From contig NW_021836272.1 of assembly GCF_006345805.1 (NCBI RefSeq), positions 1 to 24,838 on the forward strand: a stretch of DNA of 24,838 nt, read 5' to 3'. The first letter of the stretch is position 1, and each line of letters starts with the position of its first letter. The position numbers and the translations under genes were made by a program. Shown here in pieces: positions 1 through 10,086 of the stretch. The notes beneath the pieces are model-generated. The model did not search any database and was not told the origin of the DNA. It was given only the letters and a program-made list of their open reading frames with translations. The DNA is from Octopus sinensis (Eukaryota).

Positions 1-307
1 TTCTACTATAGCCTCGGCCCGACCAAAACTTGTGAGTGGATTTGGTAGACGGAAACTGAAAGAAGCCCGTCGTATATATGTATATATATGTATGTGCGTG
101 AATGTTTGTGTGTCTGTATTTGTCCCCCTAGCATTGCTTGACAACCGATGCTGGTGTGTTTATGTCCCCATTACTTAGAGGTTCGGCAAAAGAGAGCGAT
201 AGAATAAGTACTGGGCTTACAAAAGAATAAGTGCCGGGGTTGAGTTGCTCGATTAAATGCGGTGCTCCAGCATGGCCGCAGTCAAAATGACTGAAACAAG
301 TAAAAAG
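1..307 (+). mobile_element. tRNA-derived SINE, family A; head cut off by the window edge
   Basis: Near-identical to copies at 12891-13377 and 15609-16049: core, internal (TA)/(TG) tract, then tail ending CAGTCAAAATGACTGAAACAAGTAAAA. Confidence 0.85.
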
Positions 308-486
308 AGGAAAACTAGAAAATGCGGTCGGTCAGTGGTCAGTGGAGATAATTTGAAATAGGAGTGGGGATAGAGAGAGAAAGGTATTATAGTGTAAAAG
401 ATAGAGGAATGGGGAGGGGGTTAAGAGGTAGTGGAAACGCCTATGTGTAGTAGTAGCTTCTAATTATTAGACAAATATATAAAGAA

Positions 487-797
487 CTAGCAGTATCGCC
501 CGGCGTTGCTCGGGTTTGTAAGGGAAATAACTATATAAGCATTTTTAGAGAGTTAGTTGCCTTATATAATAGCAAAAAAATGCATTAAAAATAGGAAAAA
601 ATGTTGGTAAATATTTTTTAAAATCGTAGACTCATCGTAGACGCGCGCTAATACCCAGAAGAGCTCGATTTGAATCACGACTATAAGATACCCGCTTTTG
701 GTTAAACTGCACCGCAAAATGTAGGAGTAGTTAGGAATCTAAATCGGAGGAGACAGACAGACACACACACACACAACTTTAGTCTTATATATAAAGA
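487..797 (-). mobile_element. Non-autonomous Helitron-like element, about 311 bp
   Basis: On the minus strand it starts A|TC and ends CCCGAGCAACGCCGGG hairpin, 8 nt, CTAG|T. These are canonical Helitron termini in an A/T target. A second copy lies at 13777-14161. Confidence 0.75.
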
Positions 798-894
798 TAA
801 GTTACAAATACAAATACAATCCTCGTGTATCATCGTGCCTGCATATGCAGATATATATACCCTGCATGTGTACATATGTTTATATATACCCACA

Positions 895-930
<36 letters not shown>

Positions 931-935
931 TACCC

Positions 936-995
<60 letters not shown>

Positions 996-1032
996 AAGAA
1001 AGAAGGATAGATAGATAAATATATATATATAT
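895..1032. repeat. Compound (TA)n/(GATA)n microsatellite
   Basis: Read directly from the sequence. Confidence 0.95.
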
Positions 1033-1033
1033 T

Positions 1034-1523
1034 TCCCTCCCACATCCACGACACCAACCATGCTCTCCGGCTTTTCAACTCTTTCTCCTTTCCTCCCGGC
1101 TCCTCCAAAATACTTTTTACAATGGACATCCAGAGCCTCTATACCGTCATCCCTCACCACGAAGGACTGCGGGCACTTCAACACTTTCTCGACCTCCGCC
1201 GCAACCCTGAACCCAATACCTCCACACTCATTCGTCTGCCCGAACTTGTCATTTCTCTTAACTGCTTCTCGTTCTACCAACAGCTCTCGGGAGTGGCCAT
1301 GGGAAAGCGAATGGGCCCCAACTATGCGAATCTGTTCGTTGGCTATGTTGAGGCCCAAATATTCTCTAGTTTCACTGCTCCCACTCCCGAACTATACGGT
1401 CGTTACATTGACGACATTATCGGTGCCACCTCAGTCTCTCGTGAACATCTAGATTCCTTCCTCTCTTTCGTTCAATCCTTCCATCCTGCCCTCCACTTCC
1501 CCTCCACTATCTCCAACACCTCT
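1034..1523 (+). pseudogene. Penelope-like element (Neptune/Poseidon type) reverse transcriptase fragment
   Basis: Open frame SHIHDTNHAL...MDIQSLYTVIPH...GVAMGKRMGPNYANLFVGYVE...RYIDD matches the PLE RT motif pattern. Truncated at both ends. Confidence 0.85.
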
Positions 1524-1642
1524 CTTTAAAAAAATCTTCTTGCTCAGGCATTGCACGATAACAACAATGTATGTATGTATGTATGTATGTATGTATGTAT
1601 GTATGTATGTATGTATGTATGTATGTATGTATGTATGTATGT
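1524..1642 (+). repeat. 43-bp 3' terminus of the adjacent retroelement plus (ATGT)n tail
   Basis: 1524-1566 matches 1835-1876 with about 2 differences, and both are followed by (ATGT)n. Confidence 0.8.
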
Positions 1643-1647
1643 ACATT

Positions 1648-1980
1648 GGGAGTAAAGGACGCCTAGCCTTTGTTAGGGCATCCTTCTAGGAGAAGGTAAC
1701 ACAGGTAACTGGGATAACTCCGATATAAAACCTGCGGCTCAGTGGTTATCGATGATGTTGACTTGTTCTTCCTTTCGGATTATGGCTGCTGTTGCTTAGT
1801 GAGTGGGATTGACTCAGTGCACAACCTTTCCTCACTTTAAAAAATCTTCTTGCTCAAGCATTGCACGATAACAACATTGTATGTATGTATGTATGTATGT
1901 ATGTATGTATGTATGTGTATGTATGTATGTATGTAGGTATGTATGTATGTATGTATGTATGTATGTATGTATGTATGTAT
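1648..1980 (+). mobile_element. Short non-autonomous retroelement, probably RTE-derived, with (ATGT)n tail
   Basis: The motif CTAGGAGAAGGTAAC resembles RTE-clade 5' UTRs (from memory). The 3' end is duplicated upstream and carries a microsatellite tail. Confidence 0.45.
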
Positions 1981-2220
1981 TTAAAGAAAGAATGGAACTA
2001 GCTTAACCTACATAAAAAGGCCGACCGGATGAATAAACTTCTATCAAAGGAACAAACAATAAATTACACTATTATCAAAATGAATGTCAGCAATTTCTAA
2101 AGTCTGCGGGTTTTAAGCTCTGAAACAATGCACCCGTTTGTATCAGGTTTCCAGCACAGGGTCTTACGAAAAGCACTTTAAGAGGACAGGTGACACGAGA
2201 GACAGATTCTGTCTGTCTGT

Positions 2221-2262
<42 letters not shown>

Positions 2263-2304
2263 ATATATTATATATATATATTATATATATATATATAAAG
2301 TTAT

Positions 2305-2480
2305 CCAAACAACAACGCGAGGACGTGGAACAAATATAGTATTATTGGACGCTCAGGAAAGAAAGAAAGAAGGAGGGTTTAAGGTTTCGAGTGGAGCTCT
2401 TCGTCGGAAACATAGGAGAAGGAAAGATCCAGAGAAGGGAAGACAGAGGAAAAAAAATCGGCAACGGTACACACGCGGCC
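2305..2480 (-). mobile_element. Penelope-like terminal fragment with a degenerate hammerhead-like motif
   Basis: Minus strand 2378-2415: GTTT-CCGACGA-A-GAGCTCCACTC-GAAAC-CTT-AAAC. Confidence 0.55.
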
Positions 2481-2848
2481 ATATATATATATATATATAT
2501 ATAGTTACCCCCGTACGTGTCCTAGAAAAGTGACAATGTAGAGATATTATGAATCCTTATATTCCAGATCAACAAGCATGAGAGTGAAGCTGACATCATG
2601 ACCAGACGTGGCTGTATGGTAAGAATTAAAAAATTTTTATTTGGAATATTTTAATTTGAATTTTATATTTTATATTTTTTATATATTTTATTAATTAATT
2701 TTATTTCTATGTATTGGCTTATGATTTTCACCGTTTGATTTGCCTAATAGTGGTTTTGTCTCTAATTTAATATAATATTTATTTATACTATAAAATTAGA
2801 TTTAATCCTAAATCTAATTTTTCCCTGTAAGTTTGGATTTACTCCCTA

Positions 2849-2860
2849 TTATTATTATTA

Positions 2861-2898
<38 letters not shown>

Positions 2899-2901
2899 AT
2901 T

Positions 2902-2933
<32 letters not shown>

Positions 2934-2945
2934 TATAATTATTAT
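2849..2945. repeat. (ATT)n/(TA)n microsatellite flanked by a 30-bp imperfect inverted repeat
   Basis: 2818-2847 matches the reverse complement of 2949-2979. Confidence 0.7.
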
Positions 2946-3242
2946 TTGAGGGAATAAAATCCAAACTTACAAGGAAAAAGAATTCAAATTAAACACCTTT
3001 TATCAATTGAAAATAAATAATTAAATTACACCATCTAGAAAATTACATATAATAGAAAAGTTAAAATTTAAATAACAATGAAATGTAAAGATTAAGTAAA
3101 TTGCAAAAAAATAATTAAAATGTATATAATAGGTAGATAGATAGGTAGGTAGAAAAACATATATATATACGTATGTATGTATGTATGTATGTATGTATGT
3201 ATGTATGTATGTATGTATGTATGTGTGTGTAGTATGTATGTA

Positions 3243-4337
3243 CAGGGGTTGGACAAAATAATGGAAACACTTAGCATTATAGCATCATAATTTTGAAATA
3301 TCTATAATACCGTCAAAAGCCTGTTTATTTTTATGTTTTTTTTATTTATTATTAGCGTTGCTTAATATGTTTTGCTAAAATTGCTGTTTCTTTTCAGGTA
3401 TCATCAGATAAAGGTAATTAAAGTTCATTAAAATGATAGATCTATCGAACTTTCAAAGAGGTCAAATTGTTGGTGCTCGTATGGCAGGCGCTAGCGCAAC
3501 GAAAACAGCCGAAATGTTTGGTGTATCAAGAAGAACTGTTTCGTAAGTAATGACAGCCTTTGAGAATAAGGAAAAAAAGACCTTCTCGTCGAAAGAAAAC
3601 TAAAACTTTCAGATAGGGACCGTCGCATTCTTACACGAAGAATTGTTAGAAAGGATCACAAAAGTACAGCTCCCAAAATTACTGCAGAGCTTAATAACAA
3701 CCTTGAGAACCCAGTTCCCACAAAAACTGTTCGCCGGGTGCTGCACAACGCCGGATTTCACGGGAGGGCTGCAATCAGAAAACCACTACTTTCAAATACA
3801 AATCTTGCAAAGCGTTTAGAGTGAAGTAAAAACCTACAGAATTGGTCCCTAGAGCAGTGGAAGAATTATTTTCTCAGATGAGTCATCCTTTACCTTATTT
3901 CCTACCACCGGCCGAGTATACGTGTGGAGACAGGCAAAAGGAGCATTTGACCCAGACTACCTTCTTCCAACTGTTAAACATGGAGAAGGATCTGTGATGA
4001 TCTAGGGGTGGGGGCTATATCTTGAAAATTCGCCGTCCCAATGGTTTCCCTTCATGGCAGAATTAATAGTCTAGATTATTTAAGCATTTTATCTGATCAA
4101 ATTCATCCCCAGATCTCAATATTTTTGAACATTTATGGTGTATTTTAGGAAAACAAGTAAGGAGTCAATATCCTCAACCACCATCACTGCAAGAACTGGG
4201 AACTGTTTTAGCTGAAGAATGGACAAAAATTCCTCGTAGAATTCAAGGTGTAATTACTGCCAAAGGCGGTCCTACCCCGTATTAAAATTAATTTGTTGGA
4301 AATTTTAAGGTGTTTCCATTATTTTGTTCGACCCCTG
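3243..4337 (+). mobile_element. Tc1-family DNA transposon, decayed and internally deleted
   Basis: 28-bp TIRs (CAGGGGTTGGACAAAATAATGGAAACAC, 2 mismatches) with TA on both sides, enclosing a transposase remnant. Confidence 0.95.
3433..4285 (+). pseudogene. Tc1 transposase pseudogene
   Basis: MIDLSNFQRGQIVGARMAG (paired-type HTH), FSDES, TVKHG, PDLNIFEHLW, GGPTPY*. It has stops and frameshifts, and a deletion removes the second catalytic Asp region. Confidence 0.9.
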
Positions 4338-4364
4338 TATATATATATATACATACATACATAC

Positions 4365-4431
<67 letters not shown>

Positions 4432-4439
4432 TATATCTA

Positions 4440-4473
<34 letters not shown>

Positions 4474-4483
4474 ACATATATAT

Positions 4484-4532
<49 letters not shown>

Positions 4533-4579
4533 TAATATATATATATATATATATTATACATATATATATATATTATATA

Positions 4580-4623
<44 letters not shown>

Positions 4624-4634
4624 ATATATATATA
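4338..4634. repeat. Imperfect (TA)n tract continuous with the Tc1 right TA
   Basis: Read directly from the sequence. Confidence 0.95.
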
Positions 4635-4718
4635 AAGCAATTAAGATTCAAGTCAGTTCTAATGAATTCACTTGAATGCGGTACTTAACTTAGATGCACC
4701 AGAAAACTGTTTCAATTG

Positions 4719-5054
4719 TTTCATACAAAGACAGGCTTTATTAAAGTTTGCAAATATTGCAGCAGATAATGCTGCAGATATTGCAAATATTGCAGCAGAT
4801 ATTGATTCACCTTCTCTGTGAAGCTAATAAGCTTTTTTAAAACCTATGATAAGACTGTGCATCATCATTAAAGAACTTTGGAAGTCTGTTTACAACCTGA
4901 ATCTGCTTTTTATGAAATTATCTCCGATACTTCATGAGTGTAGCCTCACCCACTAAGATGTTTGGAGAACTCATATGTGTTTTAGCTGATGAGTACGGGA
5001 CACTTTTATCTGTTGCAATATTTGCAACTTTAATAAAGCCTGTCTTTTATGAAA
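4719..5054. mobile_element. MITE-like element with about 50-bp terminal inverted repeats
   Basis: 4719-4769 matches the reverse complement of 5006-5054 with 2 indels and 1 mismatch. The interior is non-coding and no TSD was identified. Confidence 0.55.
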
Positions 5055-5132
5055 TAATGTACTAAAACAATCCATTCTGTCTTAATATATATCAAGAACA
5101 ATCTTACTTCGAAAGGGATGCGTGCGTTCCGT

Positions 5133-5439
5133 CATATAATATATTAATAAATAAAACATATGCATATATATATATACATATATGTACTACCTACCTCTAC
5201 ATGTATATATACATGCATATATGAGTACAGGACACCAAAAAAACGTCCATCACAATGAGAAACGAAAACATTGTTTAAGAAAAATGTCCAGTTCCTTGGG
5301 TTTGTGTCTATGTTTTCGTTTCTCATTGTGTTCGAGGTTTTTTTTTGGGGTGTCCTGTACTCATATATGCATGTATATATACATGTAGAGGTAGGTACGT
5401 ACATATATGTATATATATATGCATATATTTTATTTATTA

Positions 5440-5452
<13 letters not shown>
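5133..5452. repeat. Foldback with about 140-bp arms and a 38-nt loop
   Basis: 5133-5271 matches the reverse complement of 5310-5452 at roughly 90%, including non-microsatellite sequence (GAGTACAGGACACC, CACAATGAGAAACGAAAACAT). Confidence 0.9.
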
Positions 5453-5488
<36 letters not shown>

Positions 5489-5833
5489 CATATATACGAA
5501 GGAAATGAGAAAAAGAAGAAAAGAACATTTGCTTTAACACCTTTTCTTATCTTAAAAAATCATCAGTTTTGAAATTCATTTTTTTAAATTCAATTTGAGA
5601 ACCTGTGTTATACAATAATTGACGCAGTTTGTTTCACCAACCAATCAGATTTCGATATATTCTCAACCCTGATTACTCATCGTCATCATCATTGTTATTA
5701 TTATTATCATTGTTATTATTATTAACATTGTTATTATTACATGAAATACCACAATAAAATTTGCTTTCTATGGCTCTTAGTTACCTCAGGAGATCATATT
5801 CTTTTACTTTGTATTTCTCATAAAAGCTTTCGT

Positions 5834-5842
5834 TATATAAAG
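5834..5842 (+). promoter_or_regulatory. TATA box of the host gene
   Basis: TATATAAAG lies about 33 nt before an initiator-like TCA (about 5867) and 108 nt upstream of the Kozak ATG. Confidence 0.6.
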
Positions 5843-5941
5843 GTGTGAGACTCGGGGAAGATTGTCAAACGATCATCTTTGGATCGCGAGCTGCTGTCTG
5901 AATTTTATCGTTTACGAAGAGACGAAAAAGCGTTTCCAGCC

Positions 5942-6169
5942 ATGGCCATCAAATATCTTCTGTTTGTGGTCATTTGTCTTGGCGTTGCCAGACATGCCTA
6001 TGCCGTAGATTTGACACTAAAATCTGGTGAAACCAGCAATGCTGTCATCGATGCAACCATAAAGAAAATCAGAGACAATTGTATTCTGGCACAAGATTAT
6101 TTTTTCCTGAAACGGTTGTCAGTGGCCCAGATGAATTCTATCGCAGCAACAACTGGTGGAATATGGAGG
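5942..6169 (+). CDS. First coding exon (76 aa, phase 0) of an uncharacterised secreted protein
   Basis: Kozak GCCATGG; signal peptide MAIKYLLFVVICLGVARHAYA; mature start VDLTLKSG...GGIWR; donor AGG|GTAAAT at 6170. The sequence is non-repetitive. Confidence 0.8.
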
Positions 6170-6205
6170 GTAAATACCAGATTTGCACGTATACACACAT
6201 ATATT

Positions 6206-6620
6206 ATTTTTCTTTTTATTTTACCTAGTTTCAGCTCACGAGCTGTGGCCATGGTGGGGCACCGCCATTTGGAGTTGCTACATGATTTTACTTTACGAAT
6301 GCTTTTTAGCAATTGCCATTTGGTGCATGAGAGAGTTCGATGCAGCTGCCCTCATCTGCACCTCCTGCCGTGAAGTTGGTTCATCTGGGACACCTGACAG
6401 GAAGAGATCCAGTTTTATTTTAAAGACATCTGTATCCACCCCATGCAGGTCTCTCAGGTTCTTCAGGAGGATATTGAAGGGCTGTGGGCATCTGAAGCCC
6501 AGGTTATCCAAGTATCTTGTCCTACATCTTGATGGCAAATTTGGAGTCCTTGGCACTATGCAGTGGCGTCCAGTTCTAGCATTTGTGTAACACTCGATGC
6601 CAAAGCTTGGACCCAATCAA
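6206..6620 (-). mobile_element. 3' end of a CR1/L2-group LINE, 5'-truncated
   Basis: ORF 6293-6616 (GFRCPQPFNILLKNLRDL...FKIKLDLFLSGVPDEP) resembles the CR1-type ORF2 C-terminus. It is followed by an 80-nt 3' UTR with a stem-loop and an A-rich end. Confidence 0.75.
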
Positions 6621-6745
6621 ATACATGCACACACGTATACACGCATACGCAAACTGATGCATATGCATCTTTGTGCATACCTTACCTGTGTGAGTTAGAA
6701 TGTAAGTCTTTTTAGAAAATTGAACGATAGTTAGACACAAAGAGT

Positions 6746-6851
6746 ATAGATAGATAGATGGATAGATGGATAGATGGATAGATGGATAGATGGATAGATG
6801 GATAGATGGATAGATGGATAGATAGAGAGATAGATAGATAGATAGATGGAG

Positions 6852-6911
<60 letters not shown>

Positions 6912-6970
6912 GGATAGATAGATAGATAGATAGACAGACGGATGGATGGATGGATGGAGGATAGATAGAT

Positions 6971-7007
<37 letters not shown>

Positions 7008-7077
7008 GAGATAGATGGATAGATAGAGAGATAGATAGAGAGATAGATAGATAGATAGATGGATAGATGGATAGATG

Positions 7078-7117
<40 letters not shown>

Positions 7118-7118
7118 T
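6746..7118. repeat. (GATA)n with GATG/GAGA variants and 8-bp (GATGGATA)n periodicity
   Basis: Read directly from the sequence. Confidence 0.95.
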
Positions 7119-7134
7119 ATGTGTGTGTGTGTGT

Positions 7135-7431
7135 GGAGGCGCAATGTCCCAATGGTTAGGGCAGCGGACTCGCGGTCGTAGGATCGCGGTTTCGATTCCC
7201 GGACCAGGCGTTGTGAGTGTTTATTGAGCGAAAACACCTAAAGCTCCACGAGGCTCCGGCAGGGGGTGGGGTGATCCCTGCTGTACTCTTTCACCACTCT
7301 TTCTATCACTCTTTCTTCTGTTGGCCTGCTCGCTTAGCCAGCGGGGTGGCGTCATTTGAAGGTTAAACAATGCGAAGCGCATTGTGACCAGCGATGTGTA
7401 GCAACATCTGATAGCCTGGTCGGTCACGGTG
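7135..7431 (+). mobile_element. tRNA-derived SINE, family C, with a tRNA-Arg-like head
   Basis: A-box-like TGTCCCAATGGTTAGG and B-box GGTTTCGATTCCC in a tRNA-like head, followed by about 220 bp of non-tRNA body. Confidence 0.7.
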
Positions 7432-7489
7432 TATGCGCATGTGTTTAAATAACTCAAGTAATTTGTACGCCTCAACCTCTTTCTCTGTA

Positions 7490-7680
7490 TTTATCTATTT
7501 AATATATGCATGACTGTATGTGTATGTATGTATTACAAATATACATACATATATATATATATATATGTGTGTAGATACATCTATATATATATATATGTAT
7601 ATGTATGTATACATATATATATATATATATACGTATATATATGTATATATATGTAGATACGTGTATATGCATATATATAT

Positions 7681-7737
<57 letters not shown>

Positions 7738-7821
7738 TATGTATATGTATATATATATATATGTATATGTAAATATATATATAAGTATATGTAAATATAT
7801 ATATATATGTAAATATATATA
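7490..7821. repeat. TA-rich low-complexity tract
   Basis: Read directly from the sequence. Confidence 0.9.
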
Positions 7822-9124
7822 CGAATTCAATCACTTACCGTTAATAGCGGACATATGTTCTGGATCGCAAATGAGGTGGAAACAGCCTGCTGTTAGCCTT
7901 ATTTTTTCTTTACTATATACTGACCTTACAAGGTCTAGACAATTAATTTGTCGTATTTACATACCGAAATTTACCGGTAAATAATTGTTGGTTACATGAT
8001 AAACCACAGGAAAATTATTTACCATTTTTATTGAATTACCATGTGGATTCCTCATTCCATTACGATTACCCAGAAAGCGCGCATGGCAGAATTTTGGAGG
8101 GAAAATTTACGTTCCCAGTCGCCACTTAGTTTTAACATCTGCACTTTCCCCCCACTATCTGATGTCGCTGGGTCAGAAGTGAGGGCTAGTGGCATTTAGT
8201 AAAACTATCGAATATAGCGCCGATGACGGAATTCAAACTGTTTCCACGTTTGCGATCCAGAAACATATGTCCGCTATTAACGGTAAGTGATTGAATTCGT
8301 ATATTTGCCACTCCGGTTTTGTGTATGTGAGCCGTAAGGGCCTTCGTTTTTGGATTCTCCACTTATAGAAATTGGAAAAACGGTCTTTGACTGCCATTTC
8401 TAATTCCTTCGGTATGAGGTGAAACAGCCTGCTGTTAGCCTTCTTATTTTTTCTTTACTATATACTGAACCTTACAAAGGTCTTGACAATTAATTTGTCG
8501 TATTTACATACCGAAATTTACCGGTAAATAATTGTTGGTTACATGATAAACCACAGGAAAATTATTTACCATTTTTATTGAATTATCATGTGGATTCCTC
8601 ATTCCATTACGATTACCCAGAAAGCGCGCATGACAGAATTTTGGAGGGAAAATTTACGTTCCCAGTCGCCACTTAGTTTTAACATCTGCACTTTCCCCCC
8701 CATATCTGATGTCGCTGGGTCAGAAGTGAGGGCTAGTGGCATTTAGTAAAACTATCGAATATAGCGCCGATGACGGAATTCAAACTGTTTCCACGTTTGC
8801 GATCCAGAAACATATGTCCGCTATTACGGTAAGTGATTGAATTCGTATATTTGCCACTCCGGTTTTGTGTATGTGAGCCGTAAGGGCCTTCGTTTTGGAT
8901 TCTCCACTTATAGAAATTGGAAAAACGGTCTTTGACTGCCATTTCTAATTCCTTCGGTATGAGGTGAAACAGCCTGCTGTTAGCCTTCTTATTTTTTCTT
9001 TACTATATACTGAACCTTACAAAGGTCTTGACAATTAATTTGTCGTATTTACATACCGAAATTTACCGGTAAATAATTGTTGGTTACATGATAAACCACA
9101 GGAAAATTATTTACCATTTTTATT
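7822..9124. repeat. Tandem array of a 543-545 bp unit (2.3 copies) preceded by a 50-bp inverted piece of the unit
   Basis: Unit starts (ATGAGGTG) at 7871, 8414 and 8959. 7817-7871 is the reverse complement of 8249-8304. Confidence 0.95.
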
Positions 9125-9263
9125 GTAAATATATATAGATATATTTACATATATATATATGTACATATATATATAATATATATATATATTTACATATATG
9201 TAAATATATATATATGTAAATATATATAGATCTATCTACATATATATATATATATATATTTAC

Positions 9264-9339
<76 letters not shown>

Positions 9340-9409
9340 TATAGATATATTTACATATATATATTTACATATATATATATATATATAATATATTATATAT
9401 ATATTTAAA

Positions 9410-9456
<47 letters not shown>

Positions 9457-9457
9457 G
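9125..9457. repeat. TA-rich tract containing TGTAAATA/TATTTACA motifs in both orientations
   Basis: Read directly from the sequence. Confidence 0.9.
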
Positions 9458-9459
9458 TT

Positions 9460-9590
9460 ATTTTCTCGTGTTCCTTTCTGTTGAAGAGCGTATGCTCCAA
9501 TCGTAAAAGACTATCTCACCTTCCCGAGTGTAAAACTAATACACCTGTTGTTTACCTACCTGTCTTCGTCTTTTGTTGTATTGTAAATTA
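9460..9590 (+). mobile_element. Penelope-like terminal fragment with a degenerate hammerhead-like motif
   Basis: 9474-9509: CTTT-CTGTTGA-A-GAGC-GTAT-GCTC-CAATC-GTA-AAAG. Confidence 0.5.
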
Positions 9591-9644
9591 TAACTATATA
9601 TATATATACATATACCTATATATATATTTATATATACATATACA

Positions 9645-9676
<32 letters not shown>

Positions 9677-9720
9677 TTACACACCTGTCTTCAATTTTTG
9701 TGTGTGAATTCCGACTATAT

Positions 9721-9755
<35 letters not shown>

Positions 9756-9820
9756 ATATATGTATATATATATGTGCATATGTATATATATAAATAAGTA
9801 TATATATATATGTATGTAAT

Positions 9821-9860
<40 letters not shown>

Positions 9861-10086
9861 GTATGTATGCATGTATGTATGTATGTATGTATGTATGTAT
9901 GTATGTATGTATGTATGTGTATATACGTTTATTAATTTATATTGCATGATTCCTGATGTGAAACCGTGTGTTGAAACATATATTGTATTTCGGGATGGTC
10001 ATGTTTTCCTGTGCCAAATAAACACACGCACTGTATATTCGTTCTTCGCTCGATCATTACTGTTCTCATTCTAACTCATGTCCATT

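Noticed and set aside
2568-2618. Possible 51-nt exon (TTCCAG|...ATG|GTAAGA)
   Set aside because: The donor overlaps a SINE-A head-like motif (GACGTGGCTGTATGGTAAG), and no other exon supports it.
5879-6373. 164-aa ORF taken as one CDS
   Set aside because: It starts at TTG upstream of the Kozak ATG and reads through the splice donor into antisense LINE sequence.
7135-7210. tRNA gene
   Set aside because: It has A/B boxes but a poor cloverleaf and continues into a SINE body. The same applies to the SINE-A and SINE-B heads.
8405-8445. Hammerhead in the 544-bp unit (ATGAG-GT-GAAACAG-CCTG-CTGTT)
   Set aside because: It has a plausible stem III, but the CUG of the core box and stem II are missing.
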